A stretch of DNA of 64,000 nt from an uncultured Actinomycetota bacterium (lineage in GTDB: Bacteria > Actinomycetota > Actinomycetes > CAVWCF01). The DNA lies in the NCBI GenBank assembly GCA_963753435.1, contig CAVWCF010000001.1:1408001-1472000 (forward strand). The letters are read 5' to 3'. The position numbers and the translations under genes were made by a program. This document shows, in pieces, positions 29,508 through 40,177 of the stretch; the first letter of the stretch is position 1; every line of letters starts with the position of its first letter. The notes under the pieces were generated by a model. It searched no databases. It had not been told where the DNA came from and was given only the letters and a program-made list of their open reading frames with translations.

Positions 29508-31522
29508 TGCGGCGCTTCCGCTGCTCGTTTACGGGCCCGCAGGAAGATGCGGACGACGGTGATGACGAACAGGGCCGCCAGAACGGCCGCGACCGCCCAC
29601 CCGGCGACCTGGCCGAGCGCCTGGATGCGCACGTCGAAAGACTCGCCGGGACCGTACGGGTCGCCACCGGTCGTGACGAGTTGGGCGTCCACCCGGACCA
29701 CCCCGCTAGCGGCCGCGTCGGCGCCGAGTTCCACGCTGACCCGGCGCCCGGCCGGAACGGTCACCGAGCCCGGGTCGGTCAACTGCAGTCGGACCGACGG
29801 GGTGGCGCGTGCGGCCACCTGAACCGTGACCGGCTGGGGCAGGTCGTTGGCGATGGTCAGCGGGATGGTGCCGGATTGGCCGGTCAACGTGACCGACTCC
29901 CGCGGCACCAGCCACAGGCCGGCCGCGGTCTCGGTGGCCTGCCTGACGATGAGTTCGGAGTACTGCGCACCGCTGTTCGGGTCCTCGCGCCAGGCGGTCG
30001 AGGTCGAACGCAGCACGGCGTCCGAAATCGGCTGCACCACCGTCAGGGGGTCGGTCAGCACCTGGGTCAGGCCGGCGCCGGCGGCGCTGGCCGGGTCGGC
30101 GGATGCGACCTGCTCGGCGGAGATCGCGCCGTCGCTGAAGCTGAAGTCGGCCCGAGCGGCGTCGTCCGGCGGCAGGGTCTGCAGTTCGTCCAGGCTGCTG
30201 CTGCGGATCCAAGGCGCGGTGGAGAGGTCACTGAGCAAGCCCGAGGCCAAGCCCGCAGCGGGATCCCAACGTCTTGGCGGGGCCAGGACCTGGGGACGGG
30301 GATCAGAGGTCCGTTCCAGCGCGATCAGGTAGAGGTACGCCGCGACCTGTTGGCGGATGGTCACGACGGCGCCGGGTTCGAAGGAGTTGCGGCCCAGGAT
30401 TTCGGTCACGGTGTCATCCGCCAGCGTCGCCAGGCCGCCACCGGCCGTCGCGGGCAATTGCACGGTCGCCGGTCCGGCGGCGACGCCAAGGCTGCGCCGT
30501 GGGTACTGCGAGACCGGCAGGACGGACAGGTCCTGTCCCAGCACGTCCAGTTGGGCCAGGGTCGCCTGATCGGCGCCACCGTCGGGCCAGGCGACCGCTG
30601 TTCCGGCGGCAACCCCGAAGCCGGCCGCGACCGCGCGGCCGCGGTCCAGCGCGGCGGCGATGTCCTCGACCCGGTTGTCGCGGGTCAGCGCCACAACGTC
30701 GACGTCAGCCAGCGGCAGCAGATGCACCGCCGCGTTCTCGTCGCTGAGCGCGGCCACTGCGCGCGTAAGCCAGTCCTCGGCGCCGAGAGCGGCCGCGGAC
30801 TGGAACAGATCGGGGTCGACGAACCAGTCCACCGGGTTGTCCGCTCCGACTTGCAGCAGTTGGTCCAGCCGACCGCCGGGTCGCAGTTGTTCGGCGAGGT
30901 CGTCGTCGGTGAGGTCTCCGTTCGCGTCCAGGTCGGGGCGATCCGCCAGCGGCCAGACGACGGCGAGCGGGGTGGGCTCGGCCACTGCCCCCGGGCTCCA
31001 GTAGTTGAGGATCAGGGTCTGAAAGTCCAGTCGACTGCGGGGTGCGTCATCCGGGGTGGCTCGTACCTCGACGGCGCCGACGTAGACACCTGCGGCCGCG
31101 GCGGGCAAGGAGTCAACCGGCAGATCCACGGTGAACGGTGCGCTGGCGCCGGAGCTCAGGTTGTCGGCCACCTGGAGTACGCCGTTGGGTACCAGGGGAC
31201 CAGCCCGCTGGACGCTCGGCTCGGCGGTGACGGCGGCCAGGTCGGCGCGACCGCGTAGGCGTTGTGCGGACATGCGCACTTGAACGACGACGTTGGACAG
31301 GCCCACCGCACCAGCCGTGACCGTGCCGCGGATAGTCAATTGACCGCCGGCCGTCATCGTGACCGGGGTGACCTCATCGACCGCGATCGACGCCTCATCG
31401 GCTGCAGCTGCCCGCTCGGGGGCGACGATCGGTGCGGCGGCGAGGACCACCAGCGCGAACACGAGAACGACACCGGCGCGCGCCCGTCCTCGGCTCGGGT
31501 TGCGCGCCGCCGGGTTGATCAC
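29504..31522 (-). CDS. DUF6049/LpqB-like secreted, membrane-anchored protein
   Basis: Signal peptide, 'VVWPLAD', 'GGRLDQLL', 'APPRRW', 'PLTIANDL', C-terminal TM; conserved position upstream of murJ; TACCAT 6 nt before GTG. Confidence 0.75.
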   Translation of the reverse strand: MINPAARNPSRGRARAGVVLVFALVVLAAAPIVAPERAAAADEASIAVDEVTPVTMTAGGQLTIRGTVTAGAVGLSNVVVQVRMSAQRLRGRADLAAVTAEPSVQRAGPLVPNGVLQVADNLSSGASAPFTVDLPVDSLPAAAAGVYVGAVEVRATPDDAPRSRLDFQTLILNYWSPGAVAEPTPLAVVWPLADRPDLDANGDLTDDDLAEQLRPGGRLDQLLQVGADNPVDWFVDPDLFQSAAALGAEDWLTRAVAALSDENAAVHLLPLADVDVVALTRDNRVEDIAAALDRGRAVAAGFGVAAGTAVAWPDGGADQATLAQLDVLGQDLSVLPVSQYPRRSLGVAAGPATVQLPATAGGGLATLADDTVTEILGRNSFEPGAVVTIRQQVAAYLYLIALERTSDPRPQVLAPPRRWDPAAGLASGLLSDLSTAPWIRSSSLDELQTLPPDDAARADFSFSDGAISAEQVASADPASAAGAGLTQVLTDPLTVVQPISDAVLRSTSTAWREDPNSGAQYSELIVRQATETAAGLWLVPRESVTLTGQSGTIPLTIANDLPQPVTVQVAARATPSVRLQLTDPGSVTVPAGRRVSVELGADAAASGVVRVDAQLVTTGGDPYGPGESFDVRIQALGQVAGWAVAAVLAALFVITVVRIFLRARKRAAEAPQ

Positions 31523-31571
31523 CACTGGATGGTAGGTGCGCGGCACGGGCCCATGCGTACGCTGTCGGCTC

Positions 31572-33017
31572 GTGCCGGAGGATCCAGACGCTGGTGCCCG
31601 TCGGGCAGCCGCTGCTTTGATCCGCGTTCCGAGTGTCGTCTCGGAGTTGGCCGAGCGCTTCGTGGGAACGGGCCAGGAGATCAGCCTGGTCGGTGGCACC
31701 GTGCGTGACGCCTTGATGGGTCGGCCGGCTGAGGACCTGGACCTGACGACGAGTGCTCGCCCGGAGACCATTGCCCAACTGCTGGCGGGCTGGGCGGACA
31801 ACGTTTGGCAGACCGGGATCGAATTCGGCACGTTGGGTGCCCGCAAAGACGGCTACACGTTCGAGATAACCACCTACCGCAGCGAGAACTACGACCCGGA
31901 CTCGCGCAAGCCGCAGGTGCAGTTCGGGGACTCCCTCGTCGGGGACCTGCGCCGGCGCGACTTCACCGTCAACGCGATGGCGCTGCGACTGCCGCAGCCG
32001 GACCTGGTCGATCCGCACGGCGGCCTTCGCGATCTGGTGTCGCGGCGGCTGATTACGCCGGCCCCTCCGGAGGAGTCGTTCAGCGACGACCCGCTGCGGA
32101 TGCTGCGGGCGGCGCGGTTCGCGTCGCAGTTGGACTTCGACGTGGACGACGCGGTGGTAGCGGCGGTCGGCCGCATGGCCGAGCGGCTTTCGATCGTCTC
32201 GGCCGAACGAATCCAACAGGAGTTGGTGAAGCTCATCGTGGGGCGTTCACCGCGCCGCGGCCTGGCCCTGCTGGTGGACACCGGGCTGGCGCAGTGGGTG
32301 TTGCCGGAACTGCCGGAGCTGCGCCTGGAAGTCGATGAGCACCACCGGCACAAGGACGTCTACGAGCACACGCTGACCGTCTTGGATCAGGCGATCGCGT
32401 TGGAGTCCGGACCGGACGGACCCGTTCCCGGACCGGACTTCGTGCTGCGGTTCGCGGCGCTGATGCACGATGTGGGGAAGCCGCGCACGCGCAAGTTCGA
32501 GCCCGGCGGCGGCGTGTCGTTTCACCACCACGAGGTGGTCGGGGCGCGGATGACCCGCAAACGGATGCAGGCCTTGCGGTTCAGCAACGACCACATCGAC
32601 GACGTCAGCAAGCTGGTGGAGTTGCACCTGCGCTTCCACGGATACGGCGGTGGGGAGTGGACCGATGCCGCAGTCCGCCGCTACGTACGCGACGCCGGGC
32701 CGCTGCTGGAGCGGCTGCACCTGCTGACCCGCGCCGACTGCACCACCCGCAACCGACGCAAGGCGGCAGCCCTGGCTCGTTCCTACGACTCCTTGGAGCA
32801 GCGGATCGCCGTGCTGGCGGAGCAGGAGGAGTTGGCCGCGATCCGACCGGACCTGGACGGCAACGAGATCATGCAGGTTCTCGGCCTGTCCCCGGGACCA
32901 GAGGTGGGCGAGGCCTACCGCTACCTGCTGGAACTGCGCCTCGATGAAGGGCCGCAAACCCCGGAGCAGGCCGCCGCTGCGCTGAAGCAGTGGTGGGCCG
33001 AACGCAATAGCAGTTGA
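31572..33017 (+). CDS. CCA tRNA nucleotidyltransferase (PcnA family, HD domain)
   Basis: LVGGTVRD, DLDLTT, RRDFTVNAMA, DDPLRMLRAARF, HHRHKDVYEH, MHDVGK. Confidence 0.94.
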   Translation: MPEDPDAGARRAAAALIRVPSVVSELAERFVGTGQEISLVGGTVRDALMGRPAEDLDLTTSARPETIAQLLAGWADNVWQTGIEFGTLGARKDGYTFEITTYRSENYDPDSRKPQVQFGDSLVGDLRRRDFTVNAMALRLPQPDLVDPHGGLRDLVSRRLITPAPPEESFSDDPLRMLRAARFASQLDFDVDDAVVAAVGRMAERLSIVSAERIQQELVKLIVGRSPRRGLALLVDTGLAQWVLPELPELRLEVDEHHRHKDVYEHTLTVLDQAIALESGPDGPVPGPDFVLRFAALMHDVGKPRTRKFEPGGGVSFHHHEVVGARMTRKRMQALRFSNDHIDDVSKLVELHLRFHGYGGGEWTDAAVRRYVRDAGPLLERLHLLTRADCTTRNRRKAAALARSYDSLEQRIAVLAEQEELAAIRPDLDGNEIMQVLGLSPGPEVGEAYRYLLELRLDEGPQTPEQAAAALKQWWAERNSS

Positions 33018-33036
33018 GAGTTCCGGCGCTACTGGT

Positions 33037-34332
33037 TCAGCTGGACTTGGAGCGCAGGGCGTCCGCCGCGTCGGCGCGCGGGTACCAGAACGCCAAGGCC
33101 GCGAACCCGATCGCCGCGATCGCCGGAATTACTCGATCAACTCCGCTGTCCGGCAGTACCAGCGCGGCCGCGACGGCGGCGCCGACCAGCGCGAAGTTGA
33201 ACAGCAAGTCGTAGATGCTGAAGACCCGGCCCAGGTAGGAGTCCGCGCAGGTTCGCTGCAGGGTCGAGTCGACGACGATCTTCGTGCTCTGCACGGCGAA
33301 GGCCACGGGGGCGGCCGCGAGCACCAGTGGCAACTCGGCTAGTGGCAGCACCCCCAGAACGATGGCCGCGGCGGCGCCGGCCAGAACCGCTCCCGTCCAG
33401 TGCCCCGCACCCCAGCGGCGCACGGCTCGGGGGGTCACCAGCGCCGAGATGAGGATGCCCAGCCCGGCCATTCCGGCGGCTGCGCCAAGTGAGGCGATGC
33501 CGGCATCGACGTCGTCCACGTCGTTGAAGGTCGCCCGAAACAACAGCACCCCTTGCACGGTCACCAGGCCGTACATCGCTCGCGACCCGGTCATCACCGT
33601 GAGCGCATCACGCGCTGCCGGGCGCTGCCGGATGTGCGTGATCCCCTGACCCAGGCCGCGCAGGACGTCGGCGACGGCCTCCTGAAGCCGAAGCTGCACG
33701 GGCCGGTCCGGTCCGAGCAGGTCCCGGGCCATGGTCAGTGCCAGCAGCCCGGCCAAGGCGTAGCTGACGGACGCGACCACGACCACGGCAGCGGAGGCCG
33801 CGTCGCCGCTTCCCAGTACCAGCCGCAGCCCGATGGCTGCGCCACCGCCGATGAACGAAGCAAACGTGCCGATGGTCGGCCCGACCGCGTTGGCGCCGAT
33901 CAGGTACTGCGGCTCGACCGTGTGCGGCACCGACGCCTGCAGGGCCGAGAGGATGAAGCGGTTGGCCCCGATGACGATCAGGGCGGCCACACCCAGGCGG
34001 AGATCGGCCACGCCGGCGGCGACGATGGCGGCCAGGCCGATCGCGCCGATGGCGCGGCCGACGTTGGCGACCAGCAGCGTCTGCCGACGCGACCAGCGGT
34101 CCAGGAAGACGCCGGCGAACGGCCCGATGAACGAGTACGGCAGCAGCAGGACGGCGAACGAGGCGGCCACCGCAGCGGCCGTCGACTGCCGCTCCGGGGA
34201 GAACAGCACGAATGCGGCCAGACCGGCGTTCAGGGCCCCGTCGCCGAACTGGCCGACCAGGCGAACCGCCAGCAGGCGCCGAAAGCGGGAGTCGGCCAGG
34301 GCGGCGCGCAGATCGGCAACCCGTGACTCCAC
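33037..34332 (-). CDS. MFS transporter
   Basis: About 12 hydrophobic segments, 'GPFAGVFLDRWSRR', 'GRVFSIYD'. Confidence 0.88.
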   Translation of the reverse strand: MESRVADLRAALADSRFRRLLAVRLVGQFGDGALNAGLAAFVLFSPERQSTAAAVAASFAVLLLPYSFIGPFAGVFLDRWSRRQTLLVANVGRAIGAIGLAAIVAAGVADLRLGVAALIVIGANRFILSALQASVPHTVEPQYLIGANAVGPTIGTFASFIGGGAAIGLRLVLGSGDAASAAVVVVASVSYALAGLLALTMARDLLGPDRPVQLRLQEAVADVLRGLGQGITHIRQRPAARDALTVMTGSRAMYGLVTVQGVLLFRATFNDVDDVDAGIASLGAAAGMAGLGILISALVTPRAVRRWGAGHWTGAVLAGAAAAIVLGVLPLAELPLVLAAAPVAFAVQSTKIVVDSTLQRTCADSYLGRVFSIYDLLFNFALVGAAVAAALVLPDSGVDRVIPAIAAIGFAALAFWYPRADAADALRSKSS

Positions 34333-34361
34333 AGCGGCACCCTTGCACGCCGACGCAACAA

Positions 34362-34392
34362 CGACGCCCCCCACGCTGGGTGGGGGGCGTCG
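34362..34392 (-). terminator. Intrinsic terminator-like hairpin downstream of the ScyD/ScyE-like gene
   Basis: Perfect 13-bp stem CGACGCCCCCCAC/GTGGGGGGCGTCG, 5-nt loop, followed by TTGTTG on the minus strand. Confidence 0.75.
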
Positions 34393-34409
34393 CCTCGGGG
34401 GAGAAGGTG

Positions 34410-35561
34410 CTACAGGTCGAGCCGAATGATCCGGCCGGGTGCGGGCGGTCCGTCGGTGCAGATGCCGGCTTCGGCGACGTAGACGTGTCCGTCCGGTCCG
34501 ATCTCGACCGCGCTGGGGCATTCGACGAACGCCGCGTCGCTGGCGGCACTGTCGCCGGGGTCGATCCGGGCCACCTGGAAGCCGAACAACTCGGCGACGT
34601 AGATGGTTCCGTCGTCAGTGACGGCGAGGTCGGTGGCCCCGGTGAAGCCGGTGGCGATCTGCTCGACGTCCCCGGTGACATGGTCGATGCGGAACACGCT
34701 GCCGGTACCCGGCAGTTCCGGGAACCCAGGCAAGGAGGAGACGTAGTAGTCGCCGTCCGGGCCGATCTCAATATCGGTCGGAACCGGCTCACTTTGGAAT
34801 GGCTCGCCAGCGCACGGCTCGAGGGTGTCCGCCGGCAGCGGGTCCATTCCCAGCTCCTCCAGAACCGCATTGATGTCGGCCATTACCGCGGCCAGGGCGT
34901 CGCTGGTGATCGTCTGCTCGACCGGCGGCAGCACCGCGACCGTGCTCATTTGCTTGCCGTTGGCGGAGATCCGGACGATGTCGTTGCCCGCTGCGTCTCC
35001 GACAAGCCGCGTGCCGTCGGGGGCCACTGCCACCGAGTACGGGTTGGAGTCGATACCGCCGTTGCTGGCCGGGGGTCCGATGAAGTCGACGACGATTTCA
35101 GCTGCATCGGTGCAGTCGACACCGGGTTCCACGAGGCCGTAGATGTTGCTGGCATCCGGGTTGAACCGCTGCTCGTAGCGCAGCAGTGAGCGCAGCTCCT
35201 TCGGCCTGCCGTTCTTCTTGATCATGTTTACCGTCGTGTCCGTCGGTGGGCCGTCGGCGAACTCCGGAGGTGCGGACACGGTGTAGTGGACGAGTTGGCC
35301 GGGGGCGGCGTCGACGCCGCCCATGAAGCCACCTTCGACGTTGGCCAGGGTTGTTCGCGAACCCGATGACGGGTCCACGGCGGTCAGTTGCCCCACGAAT
35401 GACTCCGACACGTAGACCGTGCCGTCGTCGCCGATGGAGAACGCCAACGGCGAGAAGACGTTGTCCACCAGGACGTGATCGTCGGCCGCCGCCGGTACCG
35501 CGCCGAGGCCGATCAGGCCGAGCGCCGCTACCGAGGCGACTGCGCTGCGCTGGAATTTCAT
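34410..35561 (-). CDS. Secreted ScyD/ScyE-family beta-propeller protein
   Basis: Signal peptide; 'DSNPYSV', 'DAAGND', 'EPVPT.I..GPDG.YYVS.L.GFP', 'DGTIYVAE'. Confidence 0.82.
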   Translation of the reverse strand: MKFQRSAVASVAALGLIGLGAVPAAADDHVLVDNVFSPLAFSIGDDGTVYVSESFVGQLTAVDPSSGSRTTLANVEGGFMGGVDAAPGQLVHYTVSAPPEFADGPPTDTTVNMIKKNGRPKELRSLLRYEQRFNPDASNIYGLVEPGVDCTDAAEIVVDFIGPPASNGGIDSNPYSVAVAPDGTRLVGDAAGNDIVRISANGKQMSTVAVLPPVEQTITSDALAAVMADINAVLEELGMDPLPADTLEPCAGEPFQSEPVPTDIEIGPDGDYYVSSLPGFPELPGTGSVFRIDHVTGDVEQIATGFTGATDLAVTDDGTIYVAELFGFQVARIDPGDSAASDAAFVECPSAVEIGPDGHVYVAEAGICTDGPPAPGRIIRLDL

Positions 35562-35674
35562 TGGTGCCCCCTCCAGGGAAGAGTCGCGCCGAAGCCGGCT
35601 ACGACACCGGTCTTGCTACTCCTGTCGCCGCAGCCGGCGCTACCGGTTCCCGATAAGGGCGCCTGGAAATATGC

Positions 35675-35706
35675 GAAAACCCCGCACCTGACGGCACGGG
35701 GTTCTC
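35675..35706 (-). terminator. Probable terminator downstream of ino1
   Basis: GAGAACCCCG...CGGGGTTTTC stem followed by a T-rich tail on the minus strand. Confidence 0.6.
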
Positions 35707-35728
35707 GACGGAAGTGGCGGGTGTGGCG

Positions 35729-36808
35729 TCAGCGCTCCACGGTGCCGTTGATGAAGTCCTCGACGTTGGTCTTGGCCTTGTCGTCGGCGTACTGCACCGG
35801 CGGCGACTTCATGAAGTACGAAGACGCGGACAGGATGGGTCCGCCGATGCCGCGATCGAGGGCGATCTTCGCCGCGCGGATTGCGTCGATGATGATGCCG
35901 GCGGAGTTGGGTGAGTCCCAGACCTCGAGCTTGTACTCCAGGTTCAGCGGCGCGTCACCGAAGGCGCGGCCCTCAAGGCGGATGAACGCCCACTTGCGGT
36001 CGTCAAGCCATTCGACGTAGTCCGACGGTCCGATGTGAACGTTGCGGTCCTCCAACTTGCCGATCATGTTGGAGGTCACGGCCTGCGTCTTGGAGATCTT
36101 CTTCGACTCCAGGCGCTCGCGCTCGAGCATGTTCTTGAAGTCCATGTTGCCGCCGACGTTGAGCTGGTAGGTGCGGTCCACCACGACGCCGCGGTCCTCG
36201 AACAACTTAGCCAGCACGCGGTGGGTGATGGTGGCGCCGACCTGGCTCTTGATGTCGTCGCCGACGATCGGCACTCCGGCGGCCTCGAACTTGGCCGCCC
36301 ACTCCGGGTCGGAAGCGATGAACACCGGCAGGGCGTTCACGAAGCCCACACCGGCATCGATCGCGCACTGGGCGTAGAACTTGTCGGCCAGTTCCGAGCC
36401 CACCGGCAGGTAGGAGACGAGGACGTCGACCTTGGCATCGCGCAGCACCTGCACCACGTCGACTGCCGGGTCGTCGGACTCGGTGATGGTCTCGGAGTAG
36501 TACTTGCCCAGACCGTCCAGAGTGTGGCCGCGCTGCACGACGACACCGCTGGGCGGCACGTCGGCGAACTTCAGCGTGTTGTTCTCGCTGGAGAAGATGG
36601 CGTGGGCCAGGTCCTGGCCGACCTTCTTGGCGTCCACGTCGAACGCGGCGACGAACTCGACGTCGCGGACGTGGTACTGCCCGAACTGCACGTGCATCAG
36701 ACCAGGCACTGCCGAGTCCGGTTGCGCGTCCTTGTAGTACTCGACGCCCTGGACGAGCGAGGAGGCGCAGTTGCCTACGCCGACGATGGCCACGCGGACG
36801 GAACCCAT
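35729..36808 (-). CDS. ino1: Myo-inositol-1-phosphate synthase
   Basis: [57 protein letters not shown]. Confidence 0.97.
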   Translation of the reverse strand: MGSVRVAIVGVGNCASSLVQGVEYYKDAQPDSAVPGLMHVQFGQYHVRDVEFVAAFDVDAKKVGQDLAHAIFSSENNTLKFADVPPSGVVVQRGHTLDGLGKYYSETITESDDPAVDVVQVLRDAKVDVLVSYLPVGSELADKFYAQCAIDAGVGFVNALPVFIASDPEWAAKFEAAGVPIVGDDIKSQVGATITHRVLAKLFEDRGVVVDRTYQLNVGGNMDFKNMLERERLESKKISKTQAVTSNMIGKLEDRNVHIGPSDYVEWLDDRKWAFIRLEGRAFGDAPLNLEYKLEVWDSPNSAGIIIDAIRAAKIALDRGIGGPILSASSYFMKSPPVQYADDKAKTNVEDFINGTVER

Positions 36809-36812
36809 GCGG

Positions 36813-37427
36813 CTACTCCTTGTCAGTTTCGGCGCCGGGAATCGACGCCGGGTCAGTGGTGCGATCAGATGGTGCGATTGCGGTGCTGGTGGAACGGGCG
36901 CGCTCGTCGTCGATCAGTTCCGACAACCAGCGCACTTCGCGCTCGACTGAGTCGAGGCCGTGCTGGGCGAGGCGCTCGGTGTAGCCGTCGACCCGTTCGC
37001 GCGTGCGCGACAAGCTCTCGCGCAGCGTGTCCAGGCGTTCCTCCAGGCGGCTGCGCCGGCCCTCGAGGATGCGCAGGCGAACGGTCTCGTCGGTGCGGGT
37101 GAAGAAGGCCAGGCGCACCTCGAAGGACTCGTCCTCCCAGGCCGTTGGGCCGGCCTCGGTGAGCATCTCGCCGAAGCGATCCTTGCCGTCGGCGGTCAAC
37201 TCGTAGACGACTCGACCACGCCCGCCGCGGCCACCAGGCTCGCGACTTGAGGTGATCAGGCCGCGCTGCTCCAGATCGCGCAGGGCTGGGTACAAGGAGC
37301 CGAACGAGAAGGCCCGGAACGAGCCGAGCAGGGTGTTGACCTGCTTGCGCAGCTCATACCCGTGCATCGGGGCCTCGTGGAGCAGGCCAAGGATGGCCAA
37401 CTCCAGAACCCCGCTACGCCTGCCCAC
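36813..37427 (-). CDS. PadR-family transcriptional regulator
   Basis: LELAILGLL...[23 protein letters not shown]; conserved position upstream of ino1. Confidence 0.92.
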   Translation of the reverse strand: MGRRSGVLELAILGLLHEAPMHGYELRKQVNTLLGSFRAFSFGSLYPALRDLEQRGLITSSREPGGRGGRGRVVYELTADGKDRFGEMLTEAGPTAWEDESFEVRLAFFTRTDETVRLRILEGRRSRLEERLDTLRESLSRTRERVDGYTERLAQHGLDSVEREVRWLSELIDDERARSTSTAIAPSDRTTDPASIPGAETDKE

Positions 37428-37471
37428 AAGTCCTCCACCGGGCCCGTGATGGGCCTGAATAGGGTTGCTCA

Positions 37472-37492
37472 GATGTATCACTTCGATACATC
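37472..37492. promoter_or_regulatory. Palindromic operator candidate upstream of padR-ino1
   Basis: GATGTATC-N5-GATACATC perfect inverted repeat in the AT-richer divergent intergenic region. Confidence 0.65.
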
Positions 37493-37632
37493 GTGTGCGG
37501 ACGATAGCCGGTTGTTCACCGGGGCGCAACGTCCTGGCCACCTTTGGCGACTGTGGTTTGCCCGGGCGACGCGGCGGGTACCTGAGCAGAGATCGGCGGG
37601 AGGTCCGGACATGGCTGCGTACCCTTTTGCGC

Positions 37633-38022
37633 ATGCGCTCGCGCCGCGGCGTCATCGATTACGCCCTGCAACGGCGAGCCACCCTGGTCTCGCTGTTCAC
37701 CGGCCTGGCCACGCCCACGGACTGCTGCGACGCCGATCCCTATCTCTTGCGCGCCGCCAAGCACCACGGCGAACCGGCAGAAATCGACTGCCCGGTCTGT
37801 CGCCGTTGCCGGCTGACGCTGCTGCGGTACACATTCGGCGACCAACTGGGTCAATACTCCGGCCGCATCAAGGCGCCGAAAGAACTGGAGCAGATGGCCG
37901 CCGAACACGGCGAGTTCACCGTGTACGTGGTGGAGGTCTGCGTGGAGTGCGGCTGGAACCATCTGGTCGAGTCCTACGTCCTGGGAGACGGAATCGACCG
38001 TCGCCAGCGAGCAGCGCGATAG
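37633..38022 (+). CDS. DUF5318 family protein
   Basis: IDYALQRRATL, CDADPYLLRAAKHHG, CPVC, VYVVEVC..C.WNHL; TACCCT 7 nt before ATG. Confidence 0.88.
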   Translation: MRSRRGVIDYALQRRATLVSLFTGLATPTDCCDADPYLLRAAKHHGEPAEIDCPVCRRCRLTLLRYTFGDQLGQYSGRIKAPKELEQMAAEHGEFTVYVVEVCVECGWNHLVESYVLGDGIDRRQRAAR

Positions 38023-38035
38023 GGGCCACTGACAG

Positions 38036-40177
38036 GTGAGCGAAACGATTACTCCCCCGCGACGGGGGTGGCGCAGCCGGGTGCCCGGGTGGAAGTTCTG
38101 GGTATTCACCCCGCTGGTCGTCGTCGCGCTGGGCATCGTCGGGTTCGGGGTCGTCTACGCGTTGACGGACGTCCCGGACGCCAACGCGGAGGCGACCAGC
38201 CAGACCACGATCGTCTACTGGGACGACGGCGAGACCGAACTGGGCCGACTGTCGGAGCAGAACCGCACTTCGGTGGCCCTGGGCCGAATGCCGTTGGCGC
38301 TGCAGCAGGCAACGCTGGCCGCAGAGGACCGCGACTTCTACTCCCACCGCGGCGTGAGCCCCACTGGAATCGGTCGGGCGGTTTGGAACAACTTGCGCGG
38401 CGGGGACGTGCAGGGCGGGTCCACGATCACCCAACAGTTGGCCAAGAACCTCTACCTGACCCAGGAACGGACCTTCACCCGCAAGTTCACCGAGCTCGTG
38501 CTGGCGATAAAACTGGAGAACACCTACAGCAAAGATCAGATCCTCGAGGACTACCTGAACACGATCTACCTGGGCCGCAGCGCCTACGGAGTGCAGACCG
38601 CTGCGCGGCAGTACTTCGACAAGGACGTCGATGAGTTGAGCGTCGCGGAATCGGCCGTGTTGGCCGCGATCATCCGCAGCCCGGGTTCGTACTCCCCGGA
38701 TGAGTTCCCCGAACGGCTGGAGTCGCGCTGGAACTACGTCTTGGACGTGATGGTCGAGGAGGGCTGGCTGTCCCAGGCGGAGCGAGCCGAGCAGGAGTTC
38801 CCGGAGATCCGCCAAAGCGTGCCGGCGAACTCCCTCGGCGGGCCCAACGGCTATCTCATCGAAACGGCGCGACTGGAACTGGTCGAACTGGGCTTCAGCG
38901 AAGAGGAGATCCTCCGCGGCGGGCTGCGGGTGCGCACCACTTTCGATCGGGACGCCCAGGCCGCGGCGGTCACCGCCGTCGAAGAGCAGCGGCCGGAAAC
39001 CAACGCCGACGGCGTCCGCGTAGGACTGGCCGCCGTAGAACCTGGAACCGGAAACGTGCGGGCGCTGTACGGCGGTGAGGACTACGTGCAGCGGCCGTTC
39101 AACGATGCGACCCAGGCGACCGTGGAAGCAGGTTCGACCTTCAAACCGTTCGGGCTGATCGCTGGGCTGGAGGCCGACAAGTCGCTGTTCTCCCGCTTCT
39201 CCGGTCGCTCCCCACGCACTTTCGAACTCGACGGCGGGGAGGAGTACCGAGTCACCAACTTCGGTGACGTGTCCTACGGGCGCATCACGCTGCTGAAGGC
39301 GACGGAGGACTCGGTCAACACCGCCTACGTCGAACTCGGGCTGGATGTCGGTCCCGACAAGGTCGTCGAGGTCGCTCGGCGCGCCGGTGTGCCCGAGTCG
39401 GTCCAGATCGACGCTGAGCCGTCGGTGGTCCTGGGTCCGGCCGCGCCGACTGCGCTGGACATGGCCGGCGCGTACTCGACGTTCGCCGCCGACGGGGTGC
39501 AGGCCGACCCCCGCACCGTCCTGGAAGTGCGCGCCGCCAACGGGTCCGTGCGCTACGAGGCCGAAGACGACACCGAGACGGCATTCGAGCCCGACGTAAT
39601 GGCCGACTTGAACATCGCGCTGCAGCGCGTCGTGACGCGCGGCTCCGGCTTCCGAGCCGACGAACTGGGACGGCCCAGTGCCGGCAAGACCGGTACCAGC
39701 CAGGAGAACAAGTCCGCCTGGTACGTCGGTTACACACCGCAGTTGGCGACGGCGGTCACGCTGTTCCGCCCCGACGAGAACGGCAACCCGACGAGTTTGC
39801 GCGGCGTCGGCGGTAGGGCCACGGTCACCGGTGGTTCGTTCCCCGCCGCCATCTGGACGGAGTTCATGGGCGAGGCGCTCGCCGACGAGCCGGTGCTGGA
39901 GTTCACCGAACCCGAGCCGGAGCGCAACGACGGCGGGGGCGACCAACCCGCGCCGGCGCCGGCCCCGGCGCCGAGCGAAGAGCCGTCGCCGACCGAGGAG
40001 CCCACGCCGAGCGAAGAGCCCACGCCGACCGCCCCACCGACCCCGACCGAGGAGCCCACGCCGACGACTCCGCCGACCCCGACCGCCCCACCGACCCCAA
40101 CGACGCCGCCCTCGCCGCCCAAGCCCACTAGCTCTCCCGGTGGCGGCGGTGGTGGCGGGGCGCCTCCGGGCGGCTGA
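38036..40177 (+). CDS. Class A penicillin-binding protein (PonA/PBP1A)
   Basis: Transglycosylase motifs AEDRDFY, GGSTITQQ, RKFTE, YLNTIY; transpeptidase STFK, SVN, KTG. Confidence 0.94.
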   Translation: MSETITPPRRGWRSRVPGWKFWVFTPLVVVALGIVGFGVVYALTDVPDANAEATSQTTIVYWDDGETELGRLSEQNRTSVALGRMPLALQQATLAAEDRDFYSHRGVSPTGIGRAVWNNLRGGDVQGGSTITQQLAKNLYLTQERTFTRKFTELVLAIKLENTYSKDQILEDYLNTIYLGRSAYGVQTAARQYFDKDVDELSVAESAVLAAIIRSPGSYSPDEFPERLESRWNYVLDVMVEEGWLSQAERAEQEFPEIRQSVPANSLGGPNGYLIETARLELVELGFSEEEILRGGLRVRTTFDRDAQAAAVTAVEEQRPETNADGVRVGLAAVEPGTGNVRALYGGEDYVQRPFNDATQATVEAGSTFKPFGLIAGLEADKSLFSRFSGRSPRTFELDGGEEYRVTNFGDVSYGRITLLKATEDSVNTAYVELGLDVGPDKVVEVARRAGVPESVQIDAEPSVVLGPAAPTALDMAGAYSTFAADGVQADPRTVLEVRAANGSVRYEAEDDTETAFEPDVMADLNIALQRVVTRGSGFRADELGRPSAGKTGTSQENKSAWYVGYTPQLATAVTLFRPDENGNPTSLRGVGGRATVTGGSFPAAIWTEFMGEALADEPVLEFTEPEPERNDGGGDQPAPAPAPAPSEEPSPTEEPTPSEEPTPTAPPTPTEEPTPTTPPTPTAPPTPTTPPSPPKPTSSPGGGGGGGAPPGG
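39949..40127 (+). repeat. Pro/Thr/Glu-rich coding repeats in the PBP tail
   Basis: Imperfect repeats encoding PAPAPAP-SEEPSP-TEEPTP-SEEPTP-TAPPTP-TEEPTP-TTPPTP. Confidence 0.7.

Noticed and set aside
39949-40127. Tandem repeats considered as CRISPR or VNTR
   Set aside because: In-frame Pro/Thr linker of the PBP; no unique spacers and no cas genes
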